Shown: one piece after another, positions 28,349-38,603 of the stretch
How positions within the stretch are numbered: position 1 is the stretch's first letter
Layout of the letters: every line of letters starts with the position of its first letter
Made by a program: the position numbers and the translations under genes
Notes under the pieces: generated by a model
Database searches by the model: none
Told to the model about the DNA's origin: nothing
What the model saw: the letters and a program-made list of their open reading frames with translations, nothing else
From: a bacterium
GTDB lineage: Bacteria; UBP7; UBA6624
DNA length: 64,000 nucleotides
Assembly: GCA_002716355.1 (NCBI GenBank)
Contig: PBAU01000003.1
Span: forward strand, 8,597-72,596
Direction of reading: 5' to 3'

Positions 28349-28635
28349 TTTGAGTTCATAATGAAAGACATTGCTCCAAGTGAAGCATTGCCTTTCTCGT
28401 CATGGTTTTTTATGTCTGTTACCCTTTTGTCTTTTTCAAGTGTTTTTTTGGTCATTTCTCTCAAGACCCCCCCACTCTTCCCATGAATGACTGTTGCTTT
28501 TTTGATCTCATGTAAATCCAGGTCGTCAAGCCAGTTTAAAAGCATGTCCTCAGCTTCTTCAAATCTTTTTTTGCGAATGTTGAGTATTTTTGAAGGAGGA
28601 GATATCTCTGGAGATTCCCATGATGCACCCTTCAT
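28345..28635 (-). CDS. Smr (small MutS-related) domain protein
   Basis: Smr motif LHEIKKATVIHGKSGGVLRE. 4-nt overlap with vsr. Confidence 0.75.
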   Translation of the reverse strand: MKGASWESPEISPPSKILNIRKKRFEEAEDMLLNWLDDLDLHEIKKATVIHGKSGGVLREMTKKTLEKDKRVTDIKNHDEKGNASLGAMSFIMNSK

Positions 28636-28982
28636 CCATCCTCCGGGAATAAAAATTTACCTGGATCATTAAAGAAATCAGCTCTAAACACACAATTAAA
28701 ACCTTTTTTCTTCCACACTGGGATTATTCTTGCATCTCTATGTGTTACTAATCCAATTGTTTTTATTGATTGTGGTAAGTCAGGAAATTTGTCAATGGAT
28801 TTTGGATTTTGGGCCCCTAAGTCGACAATTACGAAATCCCATTTTTTTTCTGAAATCCTTTCAGGAACATCCTTTGGTTCAACATGTTCAACTTCATAAC
28901 CAGTTGCATTTAATGAAACTTTTATGTGTTCTCCTAGCAGTAAGTTAGGTATGCTCAGCAGGACATCTTCATTTATTTTCAT
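28632..28982 (-). CDS. stand-alone receiver-like (pseudo-receiver) domain protein
   Basis: Aligns by eye to CheY-like REC: conserved phospho-Asp position (FVIVDLG), Thr (LVTH), Lys/Arg region. The N-terminal DD acidic pair is replaced (LLSIPN). Confidence 0.35.
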   Translation of the reverse strand: MKINEDVLLSIPNLLLGEHIKVSLNATGYEVEHVEPKDVPERISEKKWDFVIVDLGAQNPKSIDKFPDLPQSIKTIGLVTHRDARIIPVWKKKGFNCVFRADFFNDPGKFLFPEDG

Positions 28983-30930
28983 GAATTGGTATTTTTTTCC
29001 ATAACGATTTAATGATTAAAAATCCTATTAAGCCCATTATTGCAAATGGCAATAAGTTTGTTGGCGCTTCAGGCGATAAGACATCTCCAAATAGATTATT
29101 TTTAGCAAGCATGATTGATATAGCATTTACAAGACAATGCATCAGTGCGCTATACCATATGGTTCCAGTTCTTAATGTAATCATTGCAAAAATAACCCCA
29201 AGAACAAAGGTGTACAGGAACCTTGAAGGATCTAGATGCATAAGCGCAAAAAGAGATGAGCTTATTAGTATTGCCCTACTGTTTCCAAGTTTTTTAAATC
29301 CATGTAGAAGAAAGCCTCTGAAAACCAACTCTTCAGCTATGCCTGGCATTACTGCAACTATAAATAACAAGGAAATCAATGAGTTTTCATCAAATATCAT
29401 CTGCATTATTTTCGTAAACTCCTCACCCATTGGCCAAATTGATTCTCCAATATATCCAAAAAGCATTCCGAAAAGCCAAGCACCTATACTTATAAAAAAT
29501 AACCATGGCTTGGGTTGAAATCTTTTCAAAGAGGTAATATAGTCATTTTTTAAACCTAAGAATTTGTTTATAAAGTGAGGAAGCATTACAAGTGCTGTTA
29601 TTTGTGCAAGAAAGGTTCCATAAAGTATTGATTTCCCCTCTGACATACTCGGGCTTAACCGGGCTTCAAATACAAAACTGAATATCGCAAAGGCTATAAA
29701 TATCAATATAAATGAGATTATTGATTCAGAGCTCGTTGCATACCTTTCTCCTTTTCTCTGTTTGTTCCACCATTGCTTCCAGTTTATTCCGCCCACACCA
29801 AGTATTGTATTTTCAGATTTGAATTGTTCTGCAGCTAAGTTTAAAAAAACAAAACCAAGAAAAGTTGTCCATGCCGCGGATATCCAAGATATCAATGTTC
29901 CTGATGCGGTAAGCCATGATTTTAAGGATATCCCAGCTCCAATTCCTGGTATCCAATTCATCCAACTAGACGGACTGTCTGTGCTTAGGCTTAAAAAAGC
30001 TCCTATCATGAAAATCAAAACAAACGGATGAAGGTAACTGCTTGCTTCTTTTGTAGATTTTGAAGATCCTGCAATGTAAAGAAGAGCTCCACTGAAAAAT
30101 ATTATCATTGGTATCGAACCTAAAACCGTAAGTAGGAAATGAGAGTAAAAACTCAAACCCATTTGTCCTTGGGATATTATGTTTATCGAAAGCATCAAGA
30201 GCCCTATATTTAATGCAATTGCAAATATTGCAAGAGATGCAATTACAAGAAATTTTCCAAATATTATTTCTTTAGATGTTATAGGGAGAGCTAAAAGGCT
30301 TTCTGCAGTACCTCTTTCTCTTTCACCTGTCATTGAGTCTATTGCCGGGTGAGCTAAAAGATTAATGACCATTAATAAAACTATAAGTGGCAAGAATTGA
30401 GCAAGCTCAAAGCCTGAGATTTCTTCTTCAGGGGCTATATTGATAATCTTTATATCTGGAGGATTGAGTATTTCTTCAGCGATATTGTTCGCTTTCAGTG
30501 TGTTTTTGATTTTTTCTAAATTCCAATTTTTTACATAGTCTTCAAGCAGGGTTTTCGCTCTTTGAGACCTTCCATCACTTCTAGCCCCGTCAAAATGTAT
30601 TTCAAATTCATCATTATTAAGTTCAATATACGCATCAATATTTTTGCTTTTGAGCGCATCTAGCAAATCTGATTTTGAGATTTTTTTGAATTCAACATTA
30701 TTTTCTTCAGACTCAAAGGGAATCTCATTTGAAAAACTTTCAGTAACGCCTATCGTGTAATTTTCTTCCAGCCTTTTGTTTGATGTTTGTGCTTCTTGTA
30801 TCCCAGCTATAAGTAAAAAAAGTGGCACAAATACTGCAGGCAATATAACCATTGCGATAATAGTTCTAATATCACGTATCAGCTCTGTCCCATCTTTGAT
30901 GAAAATTGCTTTAACTTGATTCCATCTCAT
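28969..30930 (-). CDS. ABC-2 type transporter permease fused to a C-terminal CPBP (CAAX protease/Abi) intramembrane metalloprotease domain
   Basis: N-terminal ABC-2 permease with a large extracytoplasmic loop and 6 TM. C-terminal CPBP motifs EELVFRGF and FALMH. Confidence 0.7.
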   Translation of the reverse strand: MRWNQVKAIFIKDGTELIRDIRTIIAMVILPAVFVPLFLLIAGIQEAQTSNKRLEENYTIGVTESFSNEIPFESEENNVEFKKISKSDLLDALKSKNIDAYIELNNDEFEIHFDGARSDGRSQRAKTLLEDYVKNWNLEKIKNTLKANNIAEEILNPPDIKIINIAPEEEISGFELAQFLPLIVLLMVINLLAHPAIDSMTGERERGTAESLLALPITSKEIIFGKFLVIASLAIFAIALNIGLLMLSINIISQGQMGLSFYSHFLLTVLGSIPMIIFFSGALLYIAGSSKSTKEASSYLHPFVLIFMIGAFLSLSTDSPSSWMNWIPGIGAGISLKSWLTASGTLISWISAAWTTFLGFVFLNLAAEQFKSENTILGVGGINWKQWWNKQRKGERYATSSESIISFILIFIAFAIFSFVFEARLSPSMSEGKSILYGTFLAQITALVMLPHFINKFLGLKNDYITSLKRFQPKPWLFFISIGAWLFGMLFGYIGESIWPMGEEFTKIMQMIFDENSLISLLFIVAVMPGIAEELVFRGFLLHGFKKLGNSRAILISSSLFALMHLDPSRFLYTFVLGVIFAMITLRTGTIWYSALMHCLVNAISIMLAKNNLFGDVLSPEAPTNLLPFAIMGLIGFLIIKSLWKKIPIHENK

Positions 30931-31634
30931 TGTTGCACACCAGCTATCTTTAAAAATGATTTTGAAAGACTTTGTTCAGGCCATTGGTTTTTTTTCCAGC
31001 TTGCTACAGACTTGCCATCAGATAGAACAACTATTGAGTCTGCTATTTTTTCAGCAATCCAAACTTGATGAGTTGAAATCAGTATCCCTCTGCCTTCAGC
31101 CTTAGCTTGGTTTAAATCTTGGATTATCTTAGTTGTTGCAACTAGATCAAGTGTCGCAGTAGGTTCATCTAGTATTAAATAATCAGTATTTCTTGCAAGG
31201 GCTCTAGCGATAAGAACTCTTTGTTTATTTCCCGTAGAGAGTGTTTCCATTCTTTTTTCTGCATACTGTTCAATACTTAATGCTTTTAAGTATTTTTCAG
31301 TTTGGTTGATTGCTTTTTTTTCAGTGAGGCCCTCTGCTCGTAATGAGAACAATATATGCTCTTTTGCAGTTAATCTTTTGTATGTGCCTGCATCCGCATG
31401 AACATAAGCTAAAGATTGACGAAGCTCTAATGAGCTTGTTTCCTTGTTGTTTAAAAGTATCTTTCCGGAATCTGGCTTAAGCAATCCTATTAAGGTTCTT
31501 ATTGTTGTTGTTTTCCCTGCTCCATTAGCTCCAAGAAGAGCTACAATTTCACCTTTTTTTATGTCTAGAGAAACATTTTTACAGGCTTGTGTTCCCTCTA
31601 TAGTTTTTTGAATATTTTTTAAAGATATGCTCAC
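30927..31634 (-). CDS. ABC transporter ATP-binding protein (partner of the ABC-2/CPBP permease)
   Basis: Walker A GANGAGKTT, signature LSTGNKQR, Walker B ILDEPT. Confidence 0.9.
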   Translation of the reverse strand: MSISLKNIQKTIEGTQACKNVSLDIKKGEIVALLGANGAGKTTTIRTLIGLLKPDSGKILLNNKETSSLELRQSLAYVHADAGTYKRLTAKEHILFSLRAEGLTEKKAINQTEKYLKALSIEQYAEKRMETLSTGNKQRVLIARALARNTDYLILDEPTATLDLVATTKIIQDLNQAKAEGRGILISTHQVWIAEKIADSIVVLSDGKSVASWKKNQWPEQSLSKSFLKIAGVQQ

Positions 31635-33505
31635 ATTCTTGAAGGTACTGATATCCCAAAGATTTTTAATGTCTCTTCTAGTGTTTTTAATGTGCAGTAG
31701 GCCAAGTTGATCCTAAATTTTTCTAATTCAGGATCTTTATTAATGATTGGGCTTGAATGGTAAAAGTTTGAAAATGCTTTTGACAGCCTGTGAAGTGACT
31801 CTAGCAAAGGAGTTGGGCTTATGGTTTCAAAAGATCTTTTTAATTCATTTTGGATAGTAAAAATGTTAAAAATAAGAGTTTTTTCATCTTTATTCATTTT
31901 TGTTTTTTCAAATTTAAGATTAGGCTGTATTCCGCTTTTTTCTATGACTCTTTTACATCTAACCGCAGCATATTGCAAATAAGACCCTGTTTTTCCCTCA
32001 TTAGACAGTACCTCTTCCCATTTGAAGGATATTCTTTTATTGAAGTCTCTTGAGAACATTAAATGTTTTAAAGCTCCTGTTGTTACTTTCTCAAGATCTT
32101 TTTTTGAAATTTTTTGACTTGATTTTGATTTTGTAAATTTTTTAGCTTCTTCCCATAATTCAGAAAAAGCAACAATGTTTCCTGACCTACTTGACATTTT
32201 TCCCTCAGGCAAATCAACCATTTCATATCCAATATGAATCAATTCTGACAGCTTTTTATCTTGTTCTAGTATTTTAAAAATCTGTTTGAAGTAAAAGCTT
32301 TGTGGAGCACCTACAACATAAAAAGACTTATTTGTTTTGTATTGGTTTTGTTTCAATTCTGCTAATGCAAGATCTTTTGCTGAGTACAGAGGCAATCCAT
32401 CAGATCGTAACAGTGGCAATACATCTAATTTATTGCTGTTGTATGGTTCTTTTTTAAAGTCAACCAAAACAGACCCGCCTTCTTTTTCAGCTAAGTTTTT
32501 GTTTACAAGTTTATTTGATATTCGAATTGCATCTTCCTCTACATCTGATTCATAATATATTTTTTCAAAATCAACATCGAGAAGTCGGTATATTTTTTCA
32601 AAGGCATCCATGCACCATTTTTTTGTTTTCTTCCAGTCTTTTACGAGTTCTGGATCCTTGTTTTTCCACCTTTCTGCAATTTCATTCTGCAGATCCAAAT
32701 CTTTTTTCCAGTTGATTGCAGATTTATTTAGGTTTTTAAAATTTTCTGAATGAAGGCGGCCATCAGTTGATTTTTTCAAGATTTTGCTGATTAGAAATTT
32801 GTTTTTTTTGAATTTTTTAAATTTTTCACCTATTTCAAAATCTGAATCTTGATTAAGTAGATCTTTTACACTCCATGCTTCTTTAATAAAATTTTCCCTC
32901 GATCCTGATTCTCTTTGTGCCCATTGTGAGTAGTATTCACCAAGCCATCTGGAGAGATCAAGGTTAGGTTCTTGCTCTAGTGTTGGCGGTTTTGGCTTTC
33001 CAGCTAGCTCCCAACCTAAGAGAGCCTTAAGGACATGGGTTCCTATATCACCTATATAGTTTGCTGGAATAACATTTATTCCAAATTTTCTTGCTATCCT
33101 AACTATGAAATCGCCAGTAACAACATTTCTAAAATGGCCTATATGGAATGCTTTGTGTGTGTTTGGTTGAGAGTATTCAACAATCCATTTTTGTTCATCT
33201 CTCTCTTGGTCAAAAACATTTTTATTTGTTGAGTAGAAGTTAAAGATACTTTCTGCAAGTTCCTCATAGTTTGGTTCAATTTTGAGTGATTTGTTTTCAT
33301 TGGTTACAGATTTGATAAGTTTTGTTTTTCTTATTTTTTTTAAATCACTTTCTTTTGAGCCTCCCCATCGAATTGAATTGGTGCAAACAAATGTTAGGCT
33401 CTTGTCCTCTCTTCTTAATGAAGCAGCATGTTTTTCTCCGGGCTTTATTTCCGAAAGCATGTCATTGACATTCATTGTGAAGATATCCCAAGGGTGTTTA
33501 TTCAT
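31631..33505 (-). CDS. argS: arginyl-tRNA synthetase
   Basis: HIGH-type motif FHIGHFRN, KMSSRSG, C-terminal DALR anticodon-binding domain ending in a conserved Met. Confidence 0.85.
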   Translation of the reverse strand: MNKHPWDIFTMNVNDMLSEIKPGEKHAASLRREDKSLTFVCTNSIRWGGSKESDLKKIRKTKLIKSVTNENKSLKIEPNYEELAESIFNFYSTNKNVFDQERDEQKWIVEYSQPNTHKAFHIGHFRNVVTGDFIVRIARKFGINVIPANYIGDIGTHVLKALLGWELAGKPKPPTLEQEPNLDLSRWLGEYYSQWAQRESGSRENFIKEAWSVKDLLNQDSDFEIGEKFKKFKKNKFLISKILKKSTDGRLHSENFKNLNKSAINWKKDLDLQNEIAERWKNKDPELVKDWKKTKKWCMDAFEKIYRLLDVDFEKIYYESDVEEDAIRISNKLVNKNLAEKEGGSVLVDFKKEPYNSNKLDVLPLLRSDGLPLYSAKDLALAELKQNQYKTNKSFYVVGAPQSFYFKQIFKILEQDKKLSELIHIGYEMVDLPEGKMSSRSGNIVAFSELWEEAKKFTKSKSSQKISKKDLEKVTTGALKHLMFSRDFNKRISFKWEEVLSNEGKTGSYLQYAAVRCKRVIEKSGIQPNLKFEKTKMNKDEKTLIFNIFTIQNELKRSFETISPTPLLESLHRLSKAFSNFYHSSPIINKDPELEKFRINLAYCTLKTLEETLKIFGISVPSRM

Positions 33506-34400
33506 AGTTGCTAAGTACCATCATAAGAAACTTTTCGAAACCTAAGCCTGCTTTTTGCGCACTTAAGGGCAAAAGGCTTAAATCTGTCATTCCCGGTATT
33601 GTATTTGTTTCAAGGTACCATATATTCTTATTATCGATTATGAAATCTGATCTCGAGAAAGACCTGCAGCCAAGTGCTTTATGAGCATCTAATGCATACT
33701 TTTTTATTTTATTTCGAATTGCTGTTTCTAAATTTTTTGGTTTTTTTATATATTCCGTTTCTCCAGATGTATATTTTGATTTATAGTTATAAAAAGATTC
33801 TTTTTTTGGCTTTATTTCTATAATGCCTAATGGTTTTGTTTTTTTATTTGTTTCTATAACGCCAACTGTTAGCTCCCTACCTTTTATGTATGGCTCAACA
33901 AGGCATTTTTTTGATACTGATAAATTTTCCCAATCTTCGTCTGTTTCAACTAATGTGGTGTCTATGCTGGAGCCTTCATTTATTGGTTTGACTATTAACT
34001 TGTTATCAAAGTCCTTGAATTTAGGCTTTTTATTTTTGTCATATATTTTTTGTGGAAGAACAGGAATTCCTTTTGAGGTCATTAATTTTTTTGTTTTTAC
34101 TTTATCTAAAGCAAGGGAGCTTTGTTTTGCTTTGGATCCAACGTATTTGATTTCATGCAATTCTAAAAATGCTTGAATTGCACCATCTTCACCCCCTCCT
34201 CTCCCATGAAGGCATGGAAAAATCAGTATGTTTTTTAAATCCTCTTCAAGCAAGGTAAGGAGATTGTCTGCGATTTTTATATCTTTTTTTTCCGTACGAG
34301 AATGAAAGCTTTTTATTGCTTTGTAAGTTTGAGCCATTGAGTTTAAGCTCACATCTCTTTCGGTAGACCAGCCCCCTCCAAGGACAATTATTTTCTTCAT
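33498..34400 (-). CDS. ddl: D-alanine--D-alanine ligase (start trimmed to MKKIIVLGGGWS)
   Basis: ATP-grasp Ddl signatures (IVLGGGWSTERDVSL, ENGAIQ, E.N..PG). Confidence 0.85.
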   Translation of the reverse strand: MKKIIVLGGGWSTERDVSLNSMAQTYKAIKSFHSRTEKKDIKIADNLLTLLEEDLKNILIFPCLHGRGGGEDGAIQAFLELHEIKYVGSKAKQSSLALDKVKTKKLMTSKGIPVLPQKIYDKNKKPKFKDFDNKLIVKPINEGSSIDTTLVETDEDWENLSVSKKCLVEPYIKGRELTVGVIETNKKTKPLGIIEIKPKKESFYNYKSKYTSGETEYIKKPKNLETAIRNKIKKYALDAHKALGCRSFSRSDFIIDNKNIWYLETNTIPGMTDLSLLPLSAQKAGLGFEKFLMMVLSNYE

Positions 34401-35188
34401 TTGAATATTATTGAAGGTTTCTTTGACCACAATTCGCAATCCGTAAGGATCATTGGGGGGTCATTGACAACTACAGTATGTTCATAATGCGCTGTTAGAG
34501 AGTGATCTTGAGTTACAACAGTCCATCCATCAGATTTTGTATATGTCTTTGTGTTTCCTTGAGATGCCATTATTTCTATTGCTATACATTGATTGCTAGA
34601 CAGCGTTTCTCCCGTTCCTTTTGTTCCAAAATTTGGAATAAGAGGTTCTCCATGCAGTATTGTTCCTATACCATGTCCAAAAAGCTCTGCACTAGGGTTG
34701 TAGCCTTTTCTTAACAATACTTCTTGTGTAGCAAAGCCTATATCGCCAGTTTTTTTTCCAGGTTTTGCTTGTTCTATTGAGCTGTAGAGAGAGTCCCACA
34801 CACAGTCTAGAAAGTCCATGTTTTTTTGAGATATTTGACCAACTGGATATGTGTATGCAGAATCAGAGTACATCTTTTCAAAAATGACTCCAAAATCAAC
34901 TGTAACGATGTCGCCCTCAAGAAGTATTCTGTCCGAAGGGAAACCATGCACAAAGTCTTCATTGACGCTTATGCATGTAGCAAATGGGTAGTTGTTGTAG
35001 CCTTGAAAAGCAGGTTTTGAGTTTCTTTCTTTTATTTCTGCTAAAACCATATTTTCAATCTCTATTGTTTTTATTCCAGGTTTTATAAACTGTTTTAATG
35101 CTAGCAGCACTTCGCCAGTTATTTTTGCGCTTTGCTTAGATTTGTTTAATGATTTTTTATCAAGTATTTGTATGTTTGATTTATTCAT
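34397..35188 (-). CDS. map: methionine aminopeptidase, type I
   Basis: Pita-bread fold metal-ligand motifs (D..D, FGHGIGT.LHGEP, E). Confidence 0.9.
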   Translation of the reverse strand: MNKSNIQILDKKSLNKSKQSAKITGEVLLALKQFIKPGIKTIEIENMVLAEIKERNSKPAFQGYNNYPFATCISVNEDFVHGFPSDRILLEGDIVTVDFGVIFEKMYSDSAYTYPVGQISQKNMDFLDCVWDSLYSSIEQAKPGKKTGDIGFATQEVLLRKGYNPSAELFGHGIGTILHGEPLIPNFGTKGTGETLSSNQCIAIEIMASQGNTKTYTKSDGWTVVTQDHSLTAHYEHTVVVNDPPMILTDCELWSKKPSIIFK

Positions 35189-35939
35189 GATTTTTAATCT
35201 CGCTAAATTTTATCAATTTTATTGATGAATCTTCTTTGAAAAACATTTTTAATTTTTCATTTATAAGTGTAGATAATTCAATTTCTCTTTGCCATGAGTA
35301 TTGACAGCCCTCTATAACTTTTTTATTTATCGATCCAGGCCTGCAAGGCATGTCTGTAATTCCATTTTTTAAATTTTTTAAAATTTTTAAAAAACCTGGG
35401 AGCGTGATTGATGGCTCGTCATAAAAGTCTTCAGAGAGGTTGTCAGGTGTGTTTACGCTTCGTGCTTTAGCTGCATCTTTCTGCCAAGGGAAGAAGGTTC
35501 TAATTGGAATTTTTTCTAATCTTGCAATATCTAAAGCAATTTCAAAAATTTTTGGATTATTTTCCATTTCATCTGAGCAACATATCCATTTAGGAACAAA
35601 TGACTCTTTCGCTTTTTTTAACTGAGCATAAAATTCCTTTTCAAGTTCTTTTGTTTTAGCATTAAGCATCAGCTCCCTTCCGCTTCTTAAAAAATCACCT
35701 TTATTGTCGATTAAAGAATTGATTCCACTTTGCAAAATCGGCTTGCCCTTTGTTGCATTTAGCTGGATTCCCAATTCGGTTTTTGTTTTCTTTAAGGCTT
35801 TTAGGAATTTTGATTTTTTTGATGTGTTTATGATTGCTACATTTTTGAGAATGCCTTCTTTGCAGGCTCTTATTATGCCTTTGTCTATAGCTTCAAACAA
35901 TCCAAAGTCATTTGCTGCAAGGATGAGTTTTTTACTCAT
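35181..35939 (-). CDS. YdjC/ChbG-family carbohydrate deacetylase-like protein
   Basis: N-terminus LILAANDFGLFEAIDKGIIRACKEGILKNVAI matches the YdjC pattern (ADDFG...N.GI). Confidence 0.6.
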   Translation of the reverse strand: MSKKLILAANDFGLFEAIDKGIIRACKEGILKNVAIINTSKKSKFLKALKKTKTELGIQLNATKGKPILQSGINSLIDNKGDFLRSGRELMLNAKTKELEKEFYAQLKKAKESFVPKWICCSDEMENNPKIFEIALDIARLEKIPIRTFFPWQKDAAKARSVNTPDNLSEDFYDEPSITLPGFLKILKNLKNGITDMPCRPGSINKKVIEGCQYSWQREIELSTLINEKLKMFFKEDSSIKLIKFSEIKNHE

Positions 35940-37149
35940 TAACTGTTTGGATGTTTCTATTCCACCATTCCTCTGGAAAATTCCATATTATTCCAGATTT
36001 TGAAAATTGAACAATTGATTCGTTTGGATAAAAAATAACATTAAGCTCAAAATTGTTTTCAGTACACCTGATAGCCAATGATACCTTTTTTGTTAAGTTT
36101 GTTACATTGGCTGGTCTTGCACCTTCTGGCCAGGTTTCAGAAAACACCTGAGTCCATTTTTCTTGACTTTCTGAAGAAAGTGATTCTCCGTTTTTTTCAA
36201 AATCACATTGTTTTGAATCTTCTAGTTCCAAAAAAACATTTCTATAAATGGTTTCGTTTGTTTTCAAAATCAAATCTGGCTTCCAGTCTTTTTCCATATA
36301 GAAGCCACCAAATGAATCCCCCCAAGAAGCCCAGTAATCTTCGTAAGGGTTTAGCATTATCTCGAGAGGTTTTTCATCATCATATTTTTTTATTGAAATC
36401 TTGACAGCCGGGTCACTTAGAAAGTCTCTATAGTTTAATCTTTCCCCCTCTGTCGTTCCAATTGTTTCAATAATTTTTTGAACCTTGTTTCCCGAAACAG
36501 GCAAGTCTGTGCTTAAATCTTGCCATTGATTGCCTTCTGTTCTTTTTAGATCCCATAAAACTATTTTCTCAAAATCACTAAAGCCCGGTATGTTTAGATA
36601 TTTTGTGTTCACATGAGCAGAAATGCTTTCCACCTCATCAGGTTTTATTTTCGTCAACCTTTTGTCAACCCATGACTCAACCTTGCCAACAAAGGATTGA
36701 TAGATGTCAAAGTCAATGAGGTGAATTGTTTTGTCATTTTGAAACTTTAAATAAGCTTTCTCAGATGATTCTGGAGATCCGATATAAAAAATTGATTCCC
36801 TGTAATTGGATCTCACGGTAATCTTGATTGCATTTGGGCCCAATCCATATTCTTCATATTTCTCAATCGGTTCAAAAGAGTCAAGTGCTTTTATTTCTTT
36901 AAGTGACTTAAGTGCTATATTTAGTTTTGTTTTTTCGGGACTGTATCCATTTGGGAAGTTTAAGACCCACTTATCCGTGTAATTCATGAAATGAACCTCT
37001 AGGTCATCTGATTGTTTTTGCAATAGCAACTCTTGATGCTTCAGGTTGTTTATCCATTTTAGGGTGTTTGGTTTTGGCTTCATGAATTGGATGCTGAAAT
37101 AAGCAAGTATTGGAAATGTCAAAAATATTAAAAATTTATTATTTTTCAT
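35932..37149 (-). CDS. secreted hypothetical protein (DUF4340-like accessory of GldG-type ABC systems)
   Basis: Signal peptide. Positioned directly downstream of the gldA/F/G-like genes, as DUF4340 genes often are. Confidence 0.4.
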   Translation of the reverse strand: MKNNKFLIFLTFPILAYFSIQFMKPKPNTLKWINNLKHQELLLQKQSDDLEVHFMNYTDKWVLNFPNGYSPEKTKLNIALKSLKEIKALDSFEPIEKYEEYGLGPNAIKITVRSNYRESIFYIGSPESSEKAYLKFQNDKTIHLIDFDIYQSFVGKVESWVDKRLTKIKPDEVESISAHVNTKYLNIPGFSDFEKIVLWDLKRTEGNQWQDLSTDLPVSGNKVQKIIETIGTTEGERLNYRDFLSDPAVKISIKKYDDEKPLEIMLNPYEDYWASWGDSFGGFYMEKDWKPDLILKTNETIYRNVFLELEDSKQCDFEKNGESLSSESQEKWTQVFSETWPEGARPANVTNLTKKVSLAIRCTENNFELNVIFYPNESIVQFSKSGIIWNFPEEWWNRNIQTVNE

Positions 37150-38603
37150 TTCGATTTTCTTTTCACCTGAGTTACTATCACCTGAGACAAAACAGCAAGG
37201 ATCAAGCCAAGATAAAGCATGACCACTTTTAGAATTTCTTGTTTATTGATTGAAATTGGATTCAGGTCTCTGTTCTTTGAAGGCACAGCTATCATTTCTT
37301 CTCTATCCGAAAGCCAATTAACAATATTTAATATGAAGTTATTGCTAATCGGTAATGCTTGTTGAATTATATTATCTGCTATGTCTGAATCCGAAACAAT
37401 AACTCTTTTTTTGTTTTCTTCAATATTTTCTTGAGCAAGAGCTATAAGAAACGGTCCATGCTTTTCAAATTCATCCTTTTTTTCATTTCCATTTTCTTCA
37501 ATCCAGGTTTGGATGCCACTGTATACTAAATTTGAATCTAGCCATTTTGGACTTTTGGATATTATTGATTTAGCAGTTGAGAAAAGCATAAATTCATCTA
37601 TGTTTTCAACTATTGGATGTGAGGTCAAGTTGTTTGGAGATGAAAGTATTATCAATGGGTCAAAATCTTCTTCAAATGAATCGTTTATATAGTTTTTACT
37701 AATTTCTATCCCCTCTTCCTCAAGCCATTTAGAAAGAGCGCTCTGCTCGGATCCTTCAAATATTACTAAAAGGTTTTTGATTGTTGATATCTTTTCTATT
37801 TCTGAATTTAAAAGATTCCCACTGCCCCCAACTATTGCAACAATTTCACAATCAGATTCGTTTTCTTCATAAAGATTCAATGTTTTTATTTTGTAGGCTC
37901 GATTGAGCAGTGAATTTTTTATTGCCGTGATTCCTTCTTCTCCATAAAGTTCTTTTTCTCCATGCCCTTGCACAAAGCATACATTTTTCACATCTTTAGA
38001 GAAACCATAAAGAGCATTAACTAAACCTTCTTCATCATTTGTATTCATGATTATCTGTTTGTCGCCTTGCACTATGTATATTTGATTTTCTCTAGCATTG
38101 AACCTTAATGCTGCAGATGGCTCCCTATTGGGATTTATGAATTTGTAAGTAATTAATTTATTTTCTTTGCTTAATTGTTCAAACATGCTTTCAAGATTTG
38201 CTTTATTCGCAATTTGTTTTGTTGTTTTTTCATAAGGGTCATCAAAGAAAGCAAATATTTCTGTTTTTTCATTTATTTCTTTTGTTATTTTTTTTGCTTC
38301 CTCTGAAATTGATCTGATTTTATTTCTTGTCAAATCAAGTGGTTTAAGGTTTACTTTTGCAAAAATAAAGAGTCCAGAAAATACAAAAAGAGTCAGTATT
38401 ATTGAGGGCAAATGATCTTTCAGGCTATCTTTTTTCTTTGTTGTTAGTTCCTTTATTGTCAATGCAAGAACAAATGCAAAAAAAGAAATTAAAACTTTAG
38501 GTTCTTGAAGATTTTTTTCAAGCATGGTTGTTGTTGCAAAAGCTATTCCTGACAAGGCTAAAAAAAGTGATGTTAATTTTATTTTTTTAATATTTTTTTT
38601 CAT
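37146..38603 (-). CDS. GldG-like ABC-transporter-associated protein (ABC-type uncharacterized transport system, auxiliary component)
   Basis: N- and C-terminal TM anchors with a large central domain. Operon with ABC-2 permease and ATPase. Start trimmed to MKKNIKKIKL. Confidence 0.6.
   Translation of the reverse strand: MKKNIKKIKLTSLFLALSGIAFATTTMLEKNLQEPKVLISFFAFVLALTIKELTTKKKDSLKDHLPSIILTLFVFSGLFIFAKVNLKPLDLTRNKIRSISEEAKKITKEINEKTEIFAFFDDPYEKTTKQIANKANLESMFEQLSKENKLITYKFINPNREPSAALRFNARENQIYIVQGDKQIIMNTNDEEGLVNALYGFSKDVKNVCFVQGHGEKELYGEEGITAIKNSLLNRAYKIKTLNLYEENESDCEIVAIVGGSGNLLNSEIEKISTIKNLLVIFEGSEQSALSKWLEEEGIEISKNYINDSFEEDFDPLIILSSPNNLTSHPIVENIDEFMLFSTAKSIISKSPKWLDSNLVYSGIQTWIEENGNEKKDEFEKHGPFLIALAQENIEENKKRVIVSDSDIADNIIQQALPISNNFILNIVNWLSDREEMIAVPSKNRDLNPISINKQEILKVVMLYLGLILAVLSQVIVTQVKRKSK

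Noticed and set aside
29012-29518. 168-aa ORF on the + strand inside the ABC-2/CPBP permease gene. Similar antisense ORFs occur at 47725-48312, 53026-53628, 56740-57189 and elsewhere.
   Set aside because: They are fully embedded antisense to well-supported conserved CDSs. Their low-complexity, F/L/S-rich composition is typical of AT-rich antisense frames. There are no independent signals.
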